Shown one piece after another: positions 13,443-26,055 of a stretch of DNA of 64,000 nucleotides. Location of the stretch: contig OZ024759.1 in the NCBI GenBank assembly GCA_964016885.1, positions 23,002,001 through 23,066,000 of the forward strand, written 5' to 3'. Within the stretch, counting starts at the first letter, position 1. The number at the start of each line of letters is the position of its first letter. The stretch comes from Eledone cirrhosa (Eukaryota). The notes under the pieces are model-generated. The model made no database searches. It saw only the letters and a list, made by a program, of their open reading frames with translations, and had not been told where the DNA came from. A program made the translations under genes and the position numbers.

Positions 13443-13645
13443 GGTTACACAACAGTTAGTTCACCATACCGAGAACAATTGTTTCACCTTAGCGGATCCT
13501 CAGGATTACGAGCTGAGGATCCACTAAGGTGAAACAATTGTTCTCGGTATGGTGAACTAACTGTTGTGTAACCACTTCTACCTAACTCGTCCCATGGACT
13601 GAGTGCTCTACCACTATGGATATTACCTTCCAGTGTTCTACCACT
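13443..13645 (+). mobile_element. HHR-bearing pLTR-like element, family B, with inverted partial copy, in (TA)n
   Basis: 61-bp arms 13443-13503/13513-13573 with 1 mismatch, plus a ~70-bp unpaired tail. Confidence 0.75.
13509..13546 (+). ncRNA. Minimal type I hammerhead ribozyme motif (family B)
   Basis: CGAG-CTGAGGA-TCCACTAAGGT-GAAA-CAATTG-TT-CTCG; stem III palindrome ACAATTGT. Confidence 0.65.
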
Positions 13646-13823
13646 ATATATATATACATATATATGTGTGTGTATATATATATATATATATGTATGGTGT
13701 ATGTATGTATCTATGTATATATATATGTATGTATATATATGTGTGTGTGTGTGTGTATGTATATATATATATGTATGTATATATATGTCTGTGTGTGTAT
13801 GTATATATATATATATATATACA

Positions 13824-13894
<71 letters not shown>

Positions 13895-14928
13895 GTCGTT
13901 TGGAAGCCTCGACAATGCAAATGGGTAAATCTCCGGGTAACAAGGTCCGGTGGTGGAGAGAGAGATGTAAGTGGGTGTACGTTGAGATGCGTGGTGTGTA
14001 TAAGATGTGTGAGATGTGTAGAATGAAGGGAAGAGTATAAAGGATAAAAATAAGAATAACAACACAAGAGAGAGTTACCTTGGGAGAGATTTAATAGTCC
14101 CTATATATTTCGGATTCACATCCATCAACTGGGGTTTTTTTCCGGGGTGGGGGAAAAGGTTGTCTGTCGGACAATCCGGAACGCGTCTTTCGCTGTTTGT
14201 TGATTTGAAAATCTGAGGTATTCGGCAGAGCGCGCGTGCGTGTGAAATGGAGTCGGTCGTACAGAGGTCAGCGGCCGAATGAGGGAGTGGGATGGCGCTA
14301 GCTGTCAGTCCATTCTCTGCCTGTTTGTTAAATGTTACTGTGTGTGTGTGTGTGTGTGTGTGCGTGTGTTTGCGTGTGTTCTTGTCTCGCTTGAGTGTGT
14401 GTGTGTGTGTGTGTTGTTGCCTTGTTCATCTGTATTGGCAGTGTAGTATGTTCGTATGGTGGAATGCTACTGTGTGTGTGTGCGTGTGTGTGTGTAGTTG
14501 TCTCGTTTGCGTGTGTGTGTAGTTGTCTCGTTTGCGTGTGTGTGCGTGTGTTGTGTGTTGTTGCATCGCTTCTTAACTTAAACCAGCCATTTCATTTCGC
14601 TTCTCTCTGATCAGTTGTTTATTTGCGGTTGCAGTCGTTTGATAAAAAGCGCTTCTTTGATACGTAACGTGCTGACGTTTCTTTCAGTCGCTAGAATATA
14701 TATATATAATTAATTTGAGTATGTGTTGGTTAATTACCGACACTTCAGTATGCAGGGTAGAGCACTCAATGAAATGCACAGGTGGGTTTGTTTACTCCAG
14801 ACTAATTTAAAAACAAGAAGTATAAAGTTAACAGGTTAACTTGCCAATGGGAGGGAGGGGAATTCTACTGATGCTTGAATTCGTCCATTCTAAATCATAT
14901 GCAACTAGTGTTAAGAGAAAACACATAT

Positions 14929-14977
<49 letters not shown>

Positions 14978-15139
14978 TGTCCATTTTCCATGCTTCTATG
15001 GATTAGACTGGTTGTTGCGTTATGAGACAATTCAGGTCAGGTGACCACATCTTGCTTATTACAATGATAATAATCGAAAGAGAGAAATGGTTATACTTAG
15101 AGACGAGTTGATACACTATAGCACATGTATATTATGTTT

Positions 15140-15545
15140 TTAGCAGAATACTTAAAACTTTGAACTTAACTCATAGACCCTAGACAGGGAATCACTGTAG
15201 AAAAGAATGACTACCAAACAGTGTGCTTATTATATTTATAATAAAGTACATAAAAATTTGAACTAAGCTCATGGAACTCCAGAAGAATGGCTACCAAACA
15301 GTGTGTATATATGTTTTTAACCAAATACTTGAAAAATTAAAACTCAGCTCACAGACCCCAGACAGGGAACCGCTGTAGAAAAGAATGGCTTCCAAACCAT
15401 TAAAGTACTTAAAATTTTGAACTTACTCATGGAACCCCAGAAAAATGGTGACTAGTGTGTGTATGTTATATCTAAAACAAAGTACCAACAAATTTGATCA
15501 CACCTCAAAGACTTGGAGCTACCATAGAAAAGAATCAACACCAAA
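15140..15545. repeat. Four to five diverged ~80-100-bp tandem units
   Basis: Recurrent AAATTTGAACT.AGCTCAT...AGAATGGCTACCAAAC. Confidence 0.6.
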
Positions 15546-15936
15546 TAATTGTTTCTACTTTTGGCACAAGGCCAGCAATTACCCAGTGCATTACTGGTAC
15601 TTTATTTTATCGACCCCGTAAGGATGAAAGGCAAAATTAACATCGGCAGGATTTGAACTGAGACCGTAAAGGGACGTAACTATGCTGGAAAGCATGGCTG
15701 ACTCTCTACCGATACTGCCAATCCACCGCTCTATCAATGCTAAATAATTGTTTCTATTTTTGGCACAAGGCCAGCAATTAACCAGTGCATTACTGGTACC
15801 TTAATATTATCAACCCCGTAAGGATGAAAGGCAAAGTTAATCACGGCGGGATTTGAACTCAGACCGTAAAGGGACGTAACCCTATGCTGGAAAGCATGGC
15901 GTCCGACTCTCTACCGATACTGCCAATCCACCGCCA
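15545..15936 (-). mobile_element. Two tandem SINE-A copies
   Basis: Near-identical to the copies at 3845-4040 and 22406-22586. Confidence 0.85.
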
Positions 15937-16195
15937 AATCACTGATAATGTGTGTATGTTATGTTTATCAGAAAGTACTAGCTTACTTTAAGCCCCCCCC
16001 CCCCTGTTACCATTAGGGCCAGTGGCAAGTTAGAAGCAGCTGAACCACAGGTTTTTCTTGGGGGGGGGGGTGCAAACATAAGTGAGATCAAAGAGGAGAA
16101 ACAAATTCAACTTGAAAATTGATTTATTTTTTCACTCAATATAGCCATATAAATAAAGCCAACATCTAGCCGTAGCTGAAAGCTTATATGTGTGA

Positions 16196-16329
<134 letters not shown>

Positions 16330-16401
16330 TAAATACAAAATTAAATTTATTTCCAAAAATATCGATGACAGCCAGAAACTAACACGATTCTTTTAGTTCA
16401 G

Positions 16402-16481
<80 letters not shown>

Positions 16482-16602
16482 GTATGTGTGTGTATATTTG
16501 TCTATTGACCATGTGTTTGTGTGATACACACACGCAGACACATATATATGTGTGCATATATACATATGTGTGTGTGTGTATATAAACACACAAACACATG
16601 CA

Positions 16603-16656
<54 letters not shown>

Positions 16657-16746
16657 TATATAACTAAAATAACTACAATATATATATATACATATATAAC
16701 TAAAATAACTACAATATATATATATACATATATAACTAAAATAACT

Positions 16747-16783
<37 letters not shown>

Positions 16784-17135
16784 TATCTATAAACAGTTTA
16801 GATAAACAGCACATGGGTTACTTGGTGTAATCTATAGGTAGTACATTTATAGCAATAATATTTATAGCATTCACTTCAGTTCTTCATTTTATTTTGGTAC
16901 TACTCTACAACTCTTAGAATTTCTTCTCTTTCATTTTTAATCCTTTTCTTTCAGTACCTTATCATATCTTATGAGGCAGTGAATTGGCAAAGTCATTAAT
17001 ATGTCAGATAAAATATGTTCTGTGGGATTTCTCCTGACTCTGGCTCTCTGTGAACTGAGTTCAAATTCTGCTGACGTCAACTTTACTTTTGCTTTCATTC
17101 TTTTGAAATAGCAGTCCAATTCTCTCTCTCTACAA

Positions 17136-17170
<35 letters not shown>

Positions 17171-17745
17171 TATACACACACACATATATACACACACACA
17201 TATATACACACACATACACATATATACACACACATATATATATACACACACATATATACACACACACATATATATATATACACACACATATATACACACA
17301 CACATATATATATACATACGCATATATACATATATATACATGCGTATATGTATATACATACGTATATATACATATATCTATACAAATGCATATATACATA
17401 CACATCATCATCATTTTACGTCCACTTTTCCCTGCTTGCAAGGGTGGGACGGGTCCTATTAGGCACAGCATCTCTCCACTTGTCACGGTCCTTCGTCATC
17501 TCCACTGTGAGCTTCAGCACCTCCGCTCACACACTCATGCGTATATATACATACATATATATAGAGAGAGAGACGGAGGGAATGTAAAAACCCAACCGCA
17601 TAGCCAGGAGATTTCAGCTAGCCTTTTCAAGTGTCTTGTTAGTCAGAGCACCGCCAACTATATATTTCAGAAGATTCCGTTAAGGGTGAAAACAGCAATT
17701 CTTTGCTGAAACTTTAATCTGTTATTTTAATAAATATATATATTG

Positions 17746-18133
17746 GAGGCACATGGCTTAGTGGTTAGAGCATTGGCCTTGCAATCGAAAAGTTGTGAGT
17801 TTAATTCTCGGACTGGGTGATGTGTTGTGTCTTTGAGAAAGACACATTATTTCACATTGCTCCAGTTTACTCAGCTGCAGAAATGAGATGATAGGACTGG
17901 GGTCCCTAACATTCTACAGCAAAGTGGTTGTGGAGTTGTCACGGCACAAAAGCACCCAGCCCACACTGTAGAGTGGACGTGTAGGCGCCACGGAAAAAAA
18001 GCACCTAGCACTCACTGTAAATGAGGTTTGTGTTAGGAAGGGCATCCAGCTGTAGAAATATGGCCAGAATCAGTTCCTGTCCCACCCTTGCAAGCAGGGA
18101 AAAGCGTACGTAAAATGATGATGAAGATGATGA

Positions 18134-18137
<4 letters not shown>
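17746..18137 (+). mobile_element. Full-length tRNA/CORE-like SINE with internal VNTR and (TGA)n tail
   Basis: A box TGGCTTAGTGG, B-box-like GAGTTTAATTC, CORE-like TTGAG.AAGACAC.TTATTTCACATTGCTCCAG, ~40-bp units, GATGATGA tail. Confidence 0.85.
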
Positions 18138-18179
<42 letters not shown>

Positions 18180-18189
18180 ATGTATGATG

Positions 18190-18330
18190 TTAGAACACTG
18201 GGAGGTTATATCTGTAGTAGTAGAGCACTAAGTCCATGGGACGAGTTTGGCAGAAGTTAGTTCTACAACAGTTAATTAACCATTATCAAGAACTCATGTT
18301 TCACTTTGTGGATCTTCTTACTCAATTGAT
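18190..18330 (-). mobile_element. Decayed family B pLTR-like element
   Basis: Aligns to 1080-1202; HHR core mutated. Confidence 0.6.
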
Positions 18331-18369
18331 AGGGTATAGCAGAAAAAATGGTTAATTAATTATTGTGGA

Positions 18370-18400
<31 letters not shown>

Positions 18401-18540
18401 GATGATGATGATGATATATATGTATATATCATCATAATAATAAATGGAAAGAACAAAATCCACAGAGAAATCAATGATAAGGGATGGACATATATATACA
18501 TATAGTATATATAACCCCATAGAGCAAATATTTATTATTA

Positions 18541-18672
18541 ACCTGGATTGAAAGTTTAAGCAAACAATTTCTGCTTTCACCCTGAAGCTTCTGAAAGTTC
18601 TTCTGAAAGATTCAGAAGAACTTGCTTTAGGGTGAAAGCAGAAATTGTTTGCTTAAACTTTTAATGTAGGCT
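18541..18672. repeat. Inverted repeat, family C element (related to 17665-17735)
   Basis: AAAGTTTAAGCAAACAATTTCTGCTTTCACCCT pairs with AGGGTGAAAGCAGAAATTGTTTGCTTAAACTTT. Confidence 0.8.
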
Positions 18673-19231
18673 AATTATATATATATAAAAAAAAAAAAAC
18701 ACACAGTCCACGCTGTAATGTGGCCGTGTAGGTAACATGGTAAAAGCCACACTATAAACATGGTTGGTGTTATGAGCGAGACATGGTCACCCAACCATTC
18801 TTGCCTCAAGTAGGACAACTCCCGTCTAAACCCATGCTAGTGTGGAAGATAGACATTAAATGATGATGATAGTACATTATATATATACATTTATATAGTT
18901 ATATATATGAACGAGTAAGACCCCGACGGCTGAGCTCAAGCCGTTTCGACGGCTAATTCTGGAGTCCAGCTATTGCCTTTCCCTTGAACATCAGTGGCGT
19001 GGAGGGGTGAGGCTGGTATGCATGAGCGATTGTTGGTTTTCCACAAAAAACACCTAGCCCAGATTTGTGCCTCGGAGGAGTACTTTGTAGGCAAATCCCA
19101 TGTTCATTGGTGACCGAAGGGGAGTCTTTACCCTATATAGTACATATATATATCATTTTTCAATCACCACCTTCAGTGGGCTTACACCATTAAGATAACA
19201 TGAAGGTATGTCACTATCTTAACACGAAATA

Positions 19232-19292
19232 TATTTTATCTGACGAAAGCGTACTTAACTGTTAGTACCCTTGAAATACGTATAATAAAATA
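19232..19292 (+). ncRNA. Type I hammerhead ribozyme motif (family A)
   Basis: TATTTTAT-CTGACGA-AAGCGTACT...AGTACCCTT-GAAA-TACGTA-TA-ATAAAATA; predicted cut after 19284. Confidence 0.8.
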
Positions 19293-19341
19293 AATATGGT
19301 TTTGTAAAGATATTTTCCATTTATTAATATTGTTAATATTA

Positions 19342-19406
<65 letters not shown>

Positions 19407-19624
19407 GGAGGTGAGTTTTATTGTAGCACAATAAAGTAATGCAAATATCGGATAAGTAGCACTCAACAGTTTATTCTTTTTTTCCTTTCTTCCTCTTCCT
19501 TACTTTTTTCCCCTTCCTTTCCTTTTTTTCCAATCTCCTATATCCTTTTAAATTTATTTTTCATATGTTGATTAGACACGACCTTGCTGACAAGTGTTTT
19601 TTTAAGCTTCATATCATGTCTCCC

Positions 19625-19695
19625 TATTTTATCTGATGAGAACGCAAATATCGTCCCAGGATGATATTTGTTTTTGAAATGCGCATAATAAAATA
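19625..19695 (+). ncRNA. Type I hammerhead ribozyme motif (family A)
   Basis: TATTTTAT-CTGATGA-GAACGCAAATATCGTCC-CA-GGATGATATTTGTTTTT-GAAA-TGCGCA-TA-ATAAAATA; predicted cut after 19687. Confidence 0.8.
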
Positions 19696-19728
19696 CATGG
19701 AACTTTTTTAACCATCTTTTAATTTCTT

Positions 19729-19765
<37 letters not shown>

Positions 19766-20572
19766 GATGTCATGAAACAAATCCCATTTTAATTATTTAT
19801 TTATGTACAGGTGTTACAGGCTTAGAACTGGTCAATGTATGTATGTGCATCTGTGTGTGTGTGTGTCTGTGCGTGCGTGTGTGTGTGTCTGTGCGTGCGT
19901 GTGTGTCTGTGTGTGTGTGTGTTTTTTTAATGGTAACCAAATACCATTACACATTTTGTCCAGCAGACAACAAATAGAATTAATATTTCATTATCCACTA
20001 TTCTTTAATTCTTTAATTCATTTTACCGATTGTCATTACGGCCATGTTGGAGTATCAGTTAAGCTTTTCACGAAAATATCTTCCAATTTCTTTTCTGCTT
20101 CTATTAAATTAAATTTATAATCTCTAAATATATATATATCCTATTTCGATATTCTCGGCTACCAAAGTAGACTAAGGTAATTACTTTAAACTCTTATCTG
20201 CTGCAGACCAAATTAATTTATTAATTATGCATAAGATTTCAAATTTAGTTTGTAAATTACTTCGAGGTTAAAAGCTCTAGAGATTTTCTACGTATTCCCA
20301 GCCGAAAGTAGATTTGAGACTATGAGTGACTCAAAATTTGCACCACGACTACTTCAGTTCTTCATAGTTATCTTATAGCAAATGTGTTAAATTAATAGTG
20401 TGTGATGAGAATATAAAGCAAGTAATTTGCTTTAAAATGTAAAAATCTAAAACTATATATGAAAAGCTCAAGTGGTATAGCCATAGATTCTTCACATCTT
20501 AAACAATTGACTGGGGTACTGACACAGAAATATCTCTTATCTCTATAGTCCAATTCATCATCATCATCATTA

Positions 20573-20738
20573 TTTAAACTGGCCGTATCTGGCTAGAATT
20601 CTCTCACCTCTTTACATTCTGAGTTCAAATCCTGCCGAGGTTAACTTCAACTTTCATCCTTACGGGGGTCGATAAAATAAAGTACCAGTAATGCACTGGG
20701 GTAATTGCTGGCCTTGAGCCAAAAGTAGAAACAATTAT
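20573..20738 (+). mobile_element. MITE end fused to a 5'-truncated SINE-A
   Basis: TTTAAACTGGCCGTATCTGGC...CACCTCTTT followed by CTGAGTTCAAAT...AGTAGAAACAATT. Confidence 0.7.
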
Positions 20739-20846
20739 CATTTCTCTCTTGCTATCTATCATCTATACATTCCTATTTAAAGCCATCAAATAGAACTCTA
20801 ATTACCAAAATAAACCAGTAATGGAGAATAAATCTTGTCAGGTTAT

Positions 20847-20878
<32 letters not shown>

Positions 20879-21175
20879 AAATAATGTTTTGCTTGTTGTT
20901 TTGTTTGGTTGATTTTTCTGTTTAATTATCTTTTTGAATGAATTTTTATCTATTTTTTATTCTGAGATCGCTCATAGGCAGATAATGTCTGGAATTCACA
21001 GGGATTAAATTAATACATACATATATGTATATGTGTGTGTGTGTATATATATATATGTACATGTATATATATATATATATCTGTATATTTATATGCGTGT
21101 GTGTAACTAAAACAAAAAAAATAAAGTAAACATTACTATAGCAACCATTATACACATGCATATATATATATATAT

Positions 21176-21312
21176 TGGTTCTACCATAGACATTCAATGC
21201 CAGTATATGTATATGTATATATATATATATTGGTTCTACCGTAGACATTAAATACCAGTATATGTGTATATATATAAATATATATTGGTTCTACCATAGA
21301 CATTAAATACCA

Positions 21313-21347
<35 letters not shown>

Positions 21348-21385
21348 AATATTGGTTCTACCATAGACATTAAATACCAGTATAT
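21176..21385. repeat. Four copies of a 29-bp core separated by variable (TA)n spacers
   Basis: TTGGTTCTACCATAGACATTAAATACCAG at ~21176, 21230, 21285 and 21352. Confidence 0.85.
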
Positions 21386-21434
21386 GTATCATCATCATCA
21401 TCATCATCGTTTAACATCCGTGTTCCACGCTTGC

Positions 21435-21475
<41 letters not shown>

Positions 21476-22196
21476 ACATCATTTAGTGTCCATCTTCCAC
21501 TCTACCACAGATATATATATATAAACATACATACACATATATACACATATATATACCTTTCAACATATCATCAATAGAGAGGTTCTTTACAAATTATCTT
21601 GGTTGTAATTTTTCCATCAATCAGAGCTTCAGTTTCAAGTAGCTCTCCACAATACATCTACTGTAATTACTCTTACTTATATCCTTTGTTAAATAATGTT
21701 TCACCCCTTCAATATATAATACACATATAGACATATATGGATATCCTTTCTACATATTGTATTTTGAAGAGCCCAGGATTCCTTTTCTTTTGAGCACATA
21801 ATTTACAGGGACTAACGTGACTATGACTCCATTGATTTATTTTGATATATATATATATATAATAAAAAACACGAGGTGTTAGCTCTTTATTACATTTATT
21901 GAGGTGGGACGGGTATTTCGCGATTGATCAGCTCAAGGCTTGGTCATTCCATTGCTGATACTATCTACCAGTCGCAACTACTGACAGAAAGATCAACATG
22001 GCTTGCTCAAGGACATAACACTTCACCCAGTCTAGGAATTGAACTTCACAATTGTTAAACCAACACGCTAACCACTAAGCTACACACCTTCACAAGGCAG
22101 TTGCCAAGCTGGTCTTTATGGTACCACCAAACTTGTAGACACAGCCTAACACCTTGGATGAGTTTGAGGTCAGATGTGAGCATACCTAGTTAGCCA

Positions 22197-22613
22197 TAAC
22201 CAGCTAACATTTAAACTGGCCATATCCGGCCAGAATCCTCTCACCTCTTTCTGTTCAAACCAGCTGTAACTGGCCACTCATACTGATGTTAAGGTATTGT
22301 TCTCAAAATAAATAACCTACAAATCTCATAGAATCAATATTATGTGAGATAATTATGTGAGGTAAAGCTTTTAATGTGAAAATACAATAGTAAATACAGA
22401 ATAATTGTTTCTACTTTAGGCACAAGGCCAGCAATTACCCAGTGCATTACTGGTACTTTATTTTATCGACTCCGTAAGGATGAAAGGCAAAGTCAACATT
22501 GGCGGGATTTGAACTCAGATCGTAAAGGGACGTAACTATGCTGGAAAGCATGGCGACCGACCCTCTACCGATACTGCCAATCCACTAGAATAATGTAAAT
22601 GCTAAAGGTTTAA
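22197..22613. mobile_element. TTAA-ended MITE interrupted by a SINE-A (22406-22586)
   Basis: Reverse complement of 1-215; the SINE is flanked by the direct repeat AGAATAAT (22398-22405, 22587-22594). Confidence 0.75.
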
Positions 22614-23279
22614 CACTCTGGCTGAGTTTGCAGTCAGATGTGAGCATGCCTAGTTAGCTTTAATGGTAGCACTAGCCCTGTGAACACAGCCTAACACACT
22701 AGGTGAGTCTAGGGGTCGGATGTGAGCATGTTTCTAATCCAGAATACACCGGAGGAATCTACATTACTGCTATCTGCCATTGCATAAGATTGTTTATAGA
22801 ACTAACATCAACAACAGCAACGTTAACAAAAACACTCTAATGTCAAGGGGCTAATTGATTAGGTTTTTCCAAATTATTCAGAGTGGTTAGTGCTAATGAA
22901 TGAAAGGGAGATAGAAAGATAGGGGGAAGGAAGGAAGGAATGAAAGAAAAAAAGCATAAAAAAGAAAGGATGGGAAAAGACAAGGAAAAAAGAAAGAAAA
23001 AGAAAGGAAATAAAGAAAGTTCTAAAAAAATAGAACAACAGGAAAAGATTTAGACATGACTTAAGCCAAATAAAGTTGGTATCTTTCCAAATGATAATGG
23101 AATGTTTCTCTTTTTGTGCATTTACTAAGCTGTTTGTTTTAAAGTGTTTATATTTATCTAAAAACCATCCATCATAATTGCATGTAAGAACCTTCATTAA
23201 GTTATGTTCCAGACACCTTTTTTCAAAATTATTTGAAAATTATAGGTAGTGTCTATATATTAGTTTGATTTATACTAGT

Positions 23280-23505
23280 TTACATGGTGTGAAGCAACTT
23301 CCCCCTGGACAGGATGCCAGTCCATCGCAGGATTAAACCCCCAACCATAACCGGTACTCATTTTCAGCTAAATATACTGGAGCAAAATGAAATGAAATGT
23401 TTTGCTCAAGAACACAACACACAGCCCAGTCAGTCCAGGAATCGAACCCACAACGTTATGATCAGAGGTTCAGCACCCTTACCACTAGGCCATGATCTTC
23501 CACCA
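23280..23505 (-). mobile_element. CORE-like tRNA SINE, diverged
   Basis: CTGGAGCAA..TGAAATG..TGTTTTGCTCAAGAACACAAC...GGAATCGAACCC. Confidence 0.65.
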
Positions 23506-23536
23506 TACATACATACATATAATTTTATACAAGTGT

Positions 23537-23780
23537 TTAACCCTTTCATTATCATATTTCTAATAAAATACATTGTAGCTGAATTAATTATTGAAGAAGT
23601 TGGAAAGATTTACTGAAATTATTATGATAATTATTGTATTATTAAGATGGTATTTGAAGCATAACTTAAAAGTAAAATTTTATTAGGTTTTAATTGTAAA
23701 TTGAAACCCTTTAAAATAGATGGTTTTGTGTCATAGAATCGGGGGAGTTTTGGGGGGCAGTTTGTTGTCTAAAGGATTTA
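23537..23780. mobile_element. Empty copy of the MITE seen at 4795-6139
   Basis: TTAACCCTTT start and collinear with the MITE-derived parts of 4795-6139. Confidence 0.55.
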
Positions 23781-24149
23781 TTTTCTTTACATATTGTGAA
23801 AATAATAGAGATATAACTCTGAAATTTAAATTAATTTACTCATAAAAATTTAAATTATGAAAGCAATTAAGAAATGGGAACATTAGTTAGCTTGAAGCTT
23901 AATATTAAATTTAGCCTGATGTTTGGCAAGAGGAGTAACAACTCAAAATCTAACGATATTGGAGCTCTGTCATTTCTGTAGTTGTTTGATTAAAGGAGCA
24001 GCTGGCTCATGAAATTAATGTGCAAGTGGCTACGAGTAGTTCCTCAAACTCATGTACTTTTAATGCAGTTCTCAAGGAGATTCAACATGGCCCATTATGG
24101 GACAATACTGGCCCTTTGAATTACAGGTACAACTCATTTGTTCCAGACA

Positions 24150-24760
24150 TGTGGACTAGACTAGAGCAACATGAAATGAAATGTCTTGCTCAAGGACACA
24201 GCATTCCACCAGGAATCGAACTTACAACCTTATGATCGTGAGTTAAACACCCCTAGCCCTTCATTCATGTATCTGGAGCAACACTGTGTCATGCTCAAGG
24301 ACACAGTGGACTGGAGCAACAGGAAATAAAGTGTCTTGCTCAAGGACAATATACTGCTGGGAATTGAACCCACAAGCTTATGACAGTGATCCAAACAACC
24401 CTAACCCATCAGCCATATGCCAGAAACCATATGAAATAAGTGTCTTCTTCAATGACACAACATCACCAGAAATCAAACTCACAGCCTTATTGATAGTGAG
24501 CTGAACTCCTTAACCCTTCAATCATGTGTCTGGAGCAGCATGAAATAAAGTGTCTTGCTCAAGGATGCAACATTCTATCAGGAATGGAACTTACAACCTT
24601 ATGACTGAGTTAAACCTCCTAACCCTTCAGCCTTGTGTCTGGAACAACATGAAATAAAGTGTCTTGCTCAATGACACAATACACTGCTGGGAATTGAACT
24701 CACAAGCTTACATCAGTGAGTTAATCATCCTGACTACTAAACAAGCCACACACATTCACA
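24150..24760 (-). repeat. Tandem array of ~6-7 SINE head/CORE fragments
   Basis: Repeated GGAGCAACATGAAATAAAGTGTCTTGCTCAAGGACACA...GGAAT.GAAC. Confidence 0.75.
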
Positions 24761-25345
24761 ATGATAGGTTATCACTATAGAAATATACAAGAGATTGTAC
24801 ATAAGCTGCTGCAACAACATAACAATTTGAAAGGAGGAGAAGAGCAGCTATGAAATTACATGTTTTCACTACTTTAGCTGTGTTGAAGCACACCAACAAC
24901 CTAAGGCGTCCCTAGGATGTAACATTCAGTCATTACATTATATACAGCTCACAATAGGTTGTTAATTATAGCTATCTAGATGAATACTGTGTGACTTTCA
25001 GACCAGAAAGTCCCTAGCATTACTATTATCATATCAAAGCGGTATGAATGCCAAGTACATTGAAATTGCCTAAACTCAGTTTGTGATACACCTACCACAT
25101 ACGAAGATGCACACAAACACACATATACACTCTTGGATAAACACATGGCTGACTAGATATGTATAGATTGTGTTAGTGTGTGTATATATATATATATATA
25201 TCAGATAGGGTGTGGTAAAATACCAGGTGGACCATAACCTACCAGAGTGCTCAATACTTGGGGTAGTAGAGTGGGTAATATGAAGAGATTCAGGACCCCA
25301 TGAATGAGCTCCAACCATTTCAACAGCTAGATCTGAACGTTCGGA

Positions 25346-25380
<35 letters not shown>

Positions 25381-25479
25381 TAGGGATTGTAATGTCCAGT
25401 TACTGTTGGTTCACCAAAGTGAGCACTCATGCATAGTTTCCAGTAGGTATATTGTTGTTGTACTAAGCAGAGTGTAACA

Positions 25480-25823
25480 TCATTTCATCATCATTTCATT
25501 TTACGTCCGCTTTTTCCCTGCTTGCAAGGGTGGGACGGGAATTGATTCTGGCTTGATTTCTACAGCTGGATGCCCTTCCTAACACCAACCTCATTTACAG
25601 TGAGTGCTGGGTGCTTTTTTGCCATGGCACCTCCACGACCACTTTACAGTGGAATGATAGGGACCCCAGTCCCTATCATCTCATTTCTACAGCTGAGTTA
25701 ACTGGAGCAATGTGAAATAAAGTGTCTTGCTCAAGGAAACAACACATCACCCGGTCTGAGAATTGAACTCACAACCTTTCGATTGCAAGGCCAATGCTCT
25801 AACCACTAAGCCATGTGACTCCA
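25480..25823 (-). mobile_element. Full-length VNTR-SINE
   Basis: Reverse complement of the 17746-18137 family with fewer internal units. Confidence 0.85.
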
Positions 25824-25870
25824 TATAAACATATTCATATAATTAAACATACAATATATATATAGATAGA

Positions 25871-26055
25871 TAAATGTAATCTGAGTCTTTCGAATATCAA
25901 TAATATTCGATTCGTTTGCTATTAAACAAACAGCCTCTTTCAAGCCATGCCAACGCAAGAGCGGGGCTCATCCTAGTGACATGGCTTAAAAGAGGCTGTT
26001 TGCATAATTACAAACGAATTGAATATTATTATTAATATTCAAAAGATTACATTTA
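25871..26055. repeat. Imperfect inverted repeat with ~75-bp arms
   Basis: CAAACAGCCTCTTTCAAGCCATG / CATGGCTTAAAAGAGGCTGTTTG, extending to AAATGTAATCT / AGATTACATTT. Confidence 0.75.

Noticed and set aside
17746-17815. tRNA gene candidates at SINE heads
   Set aside because: A/B boxes continue into the SINE body and tail in many copies, so these are tRNA-derived SINEs
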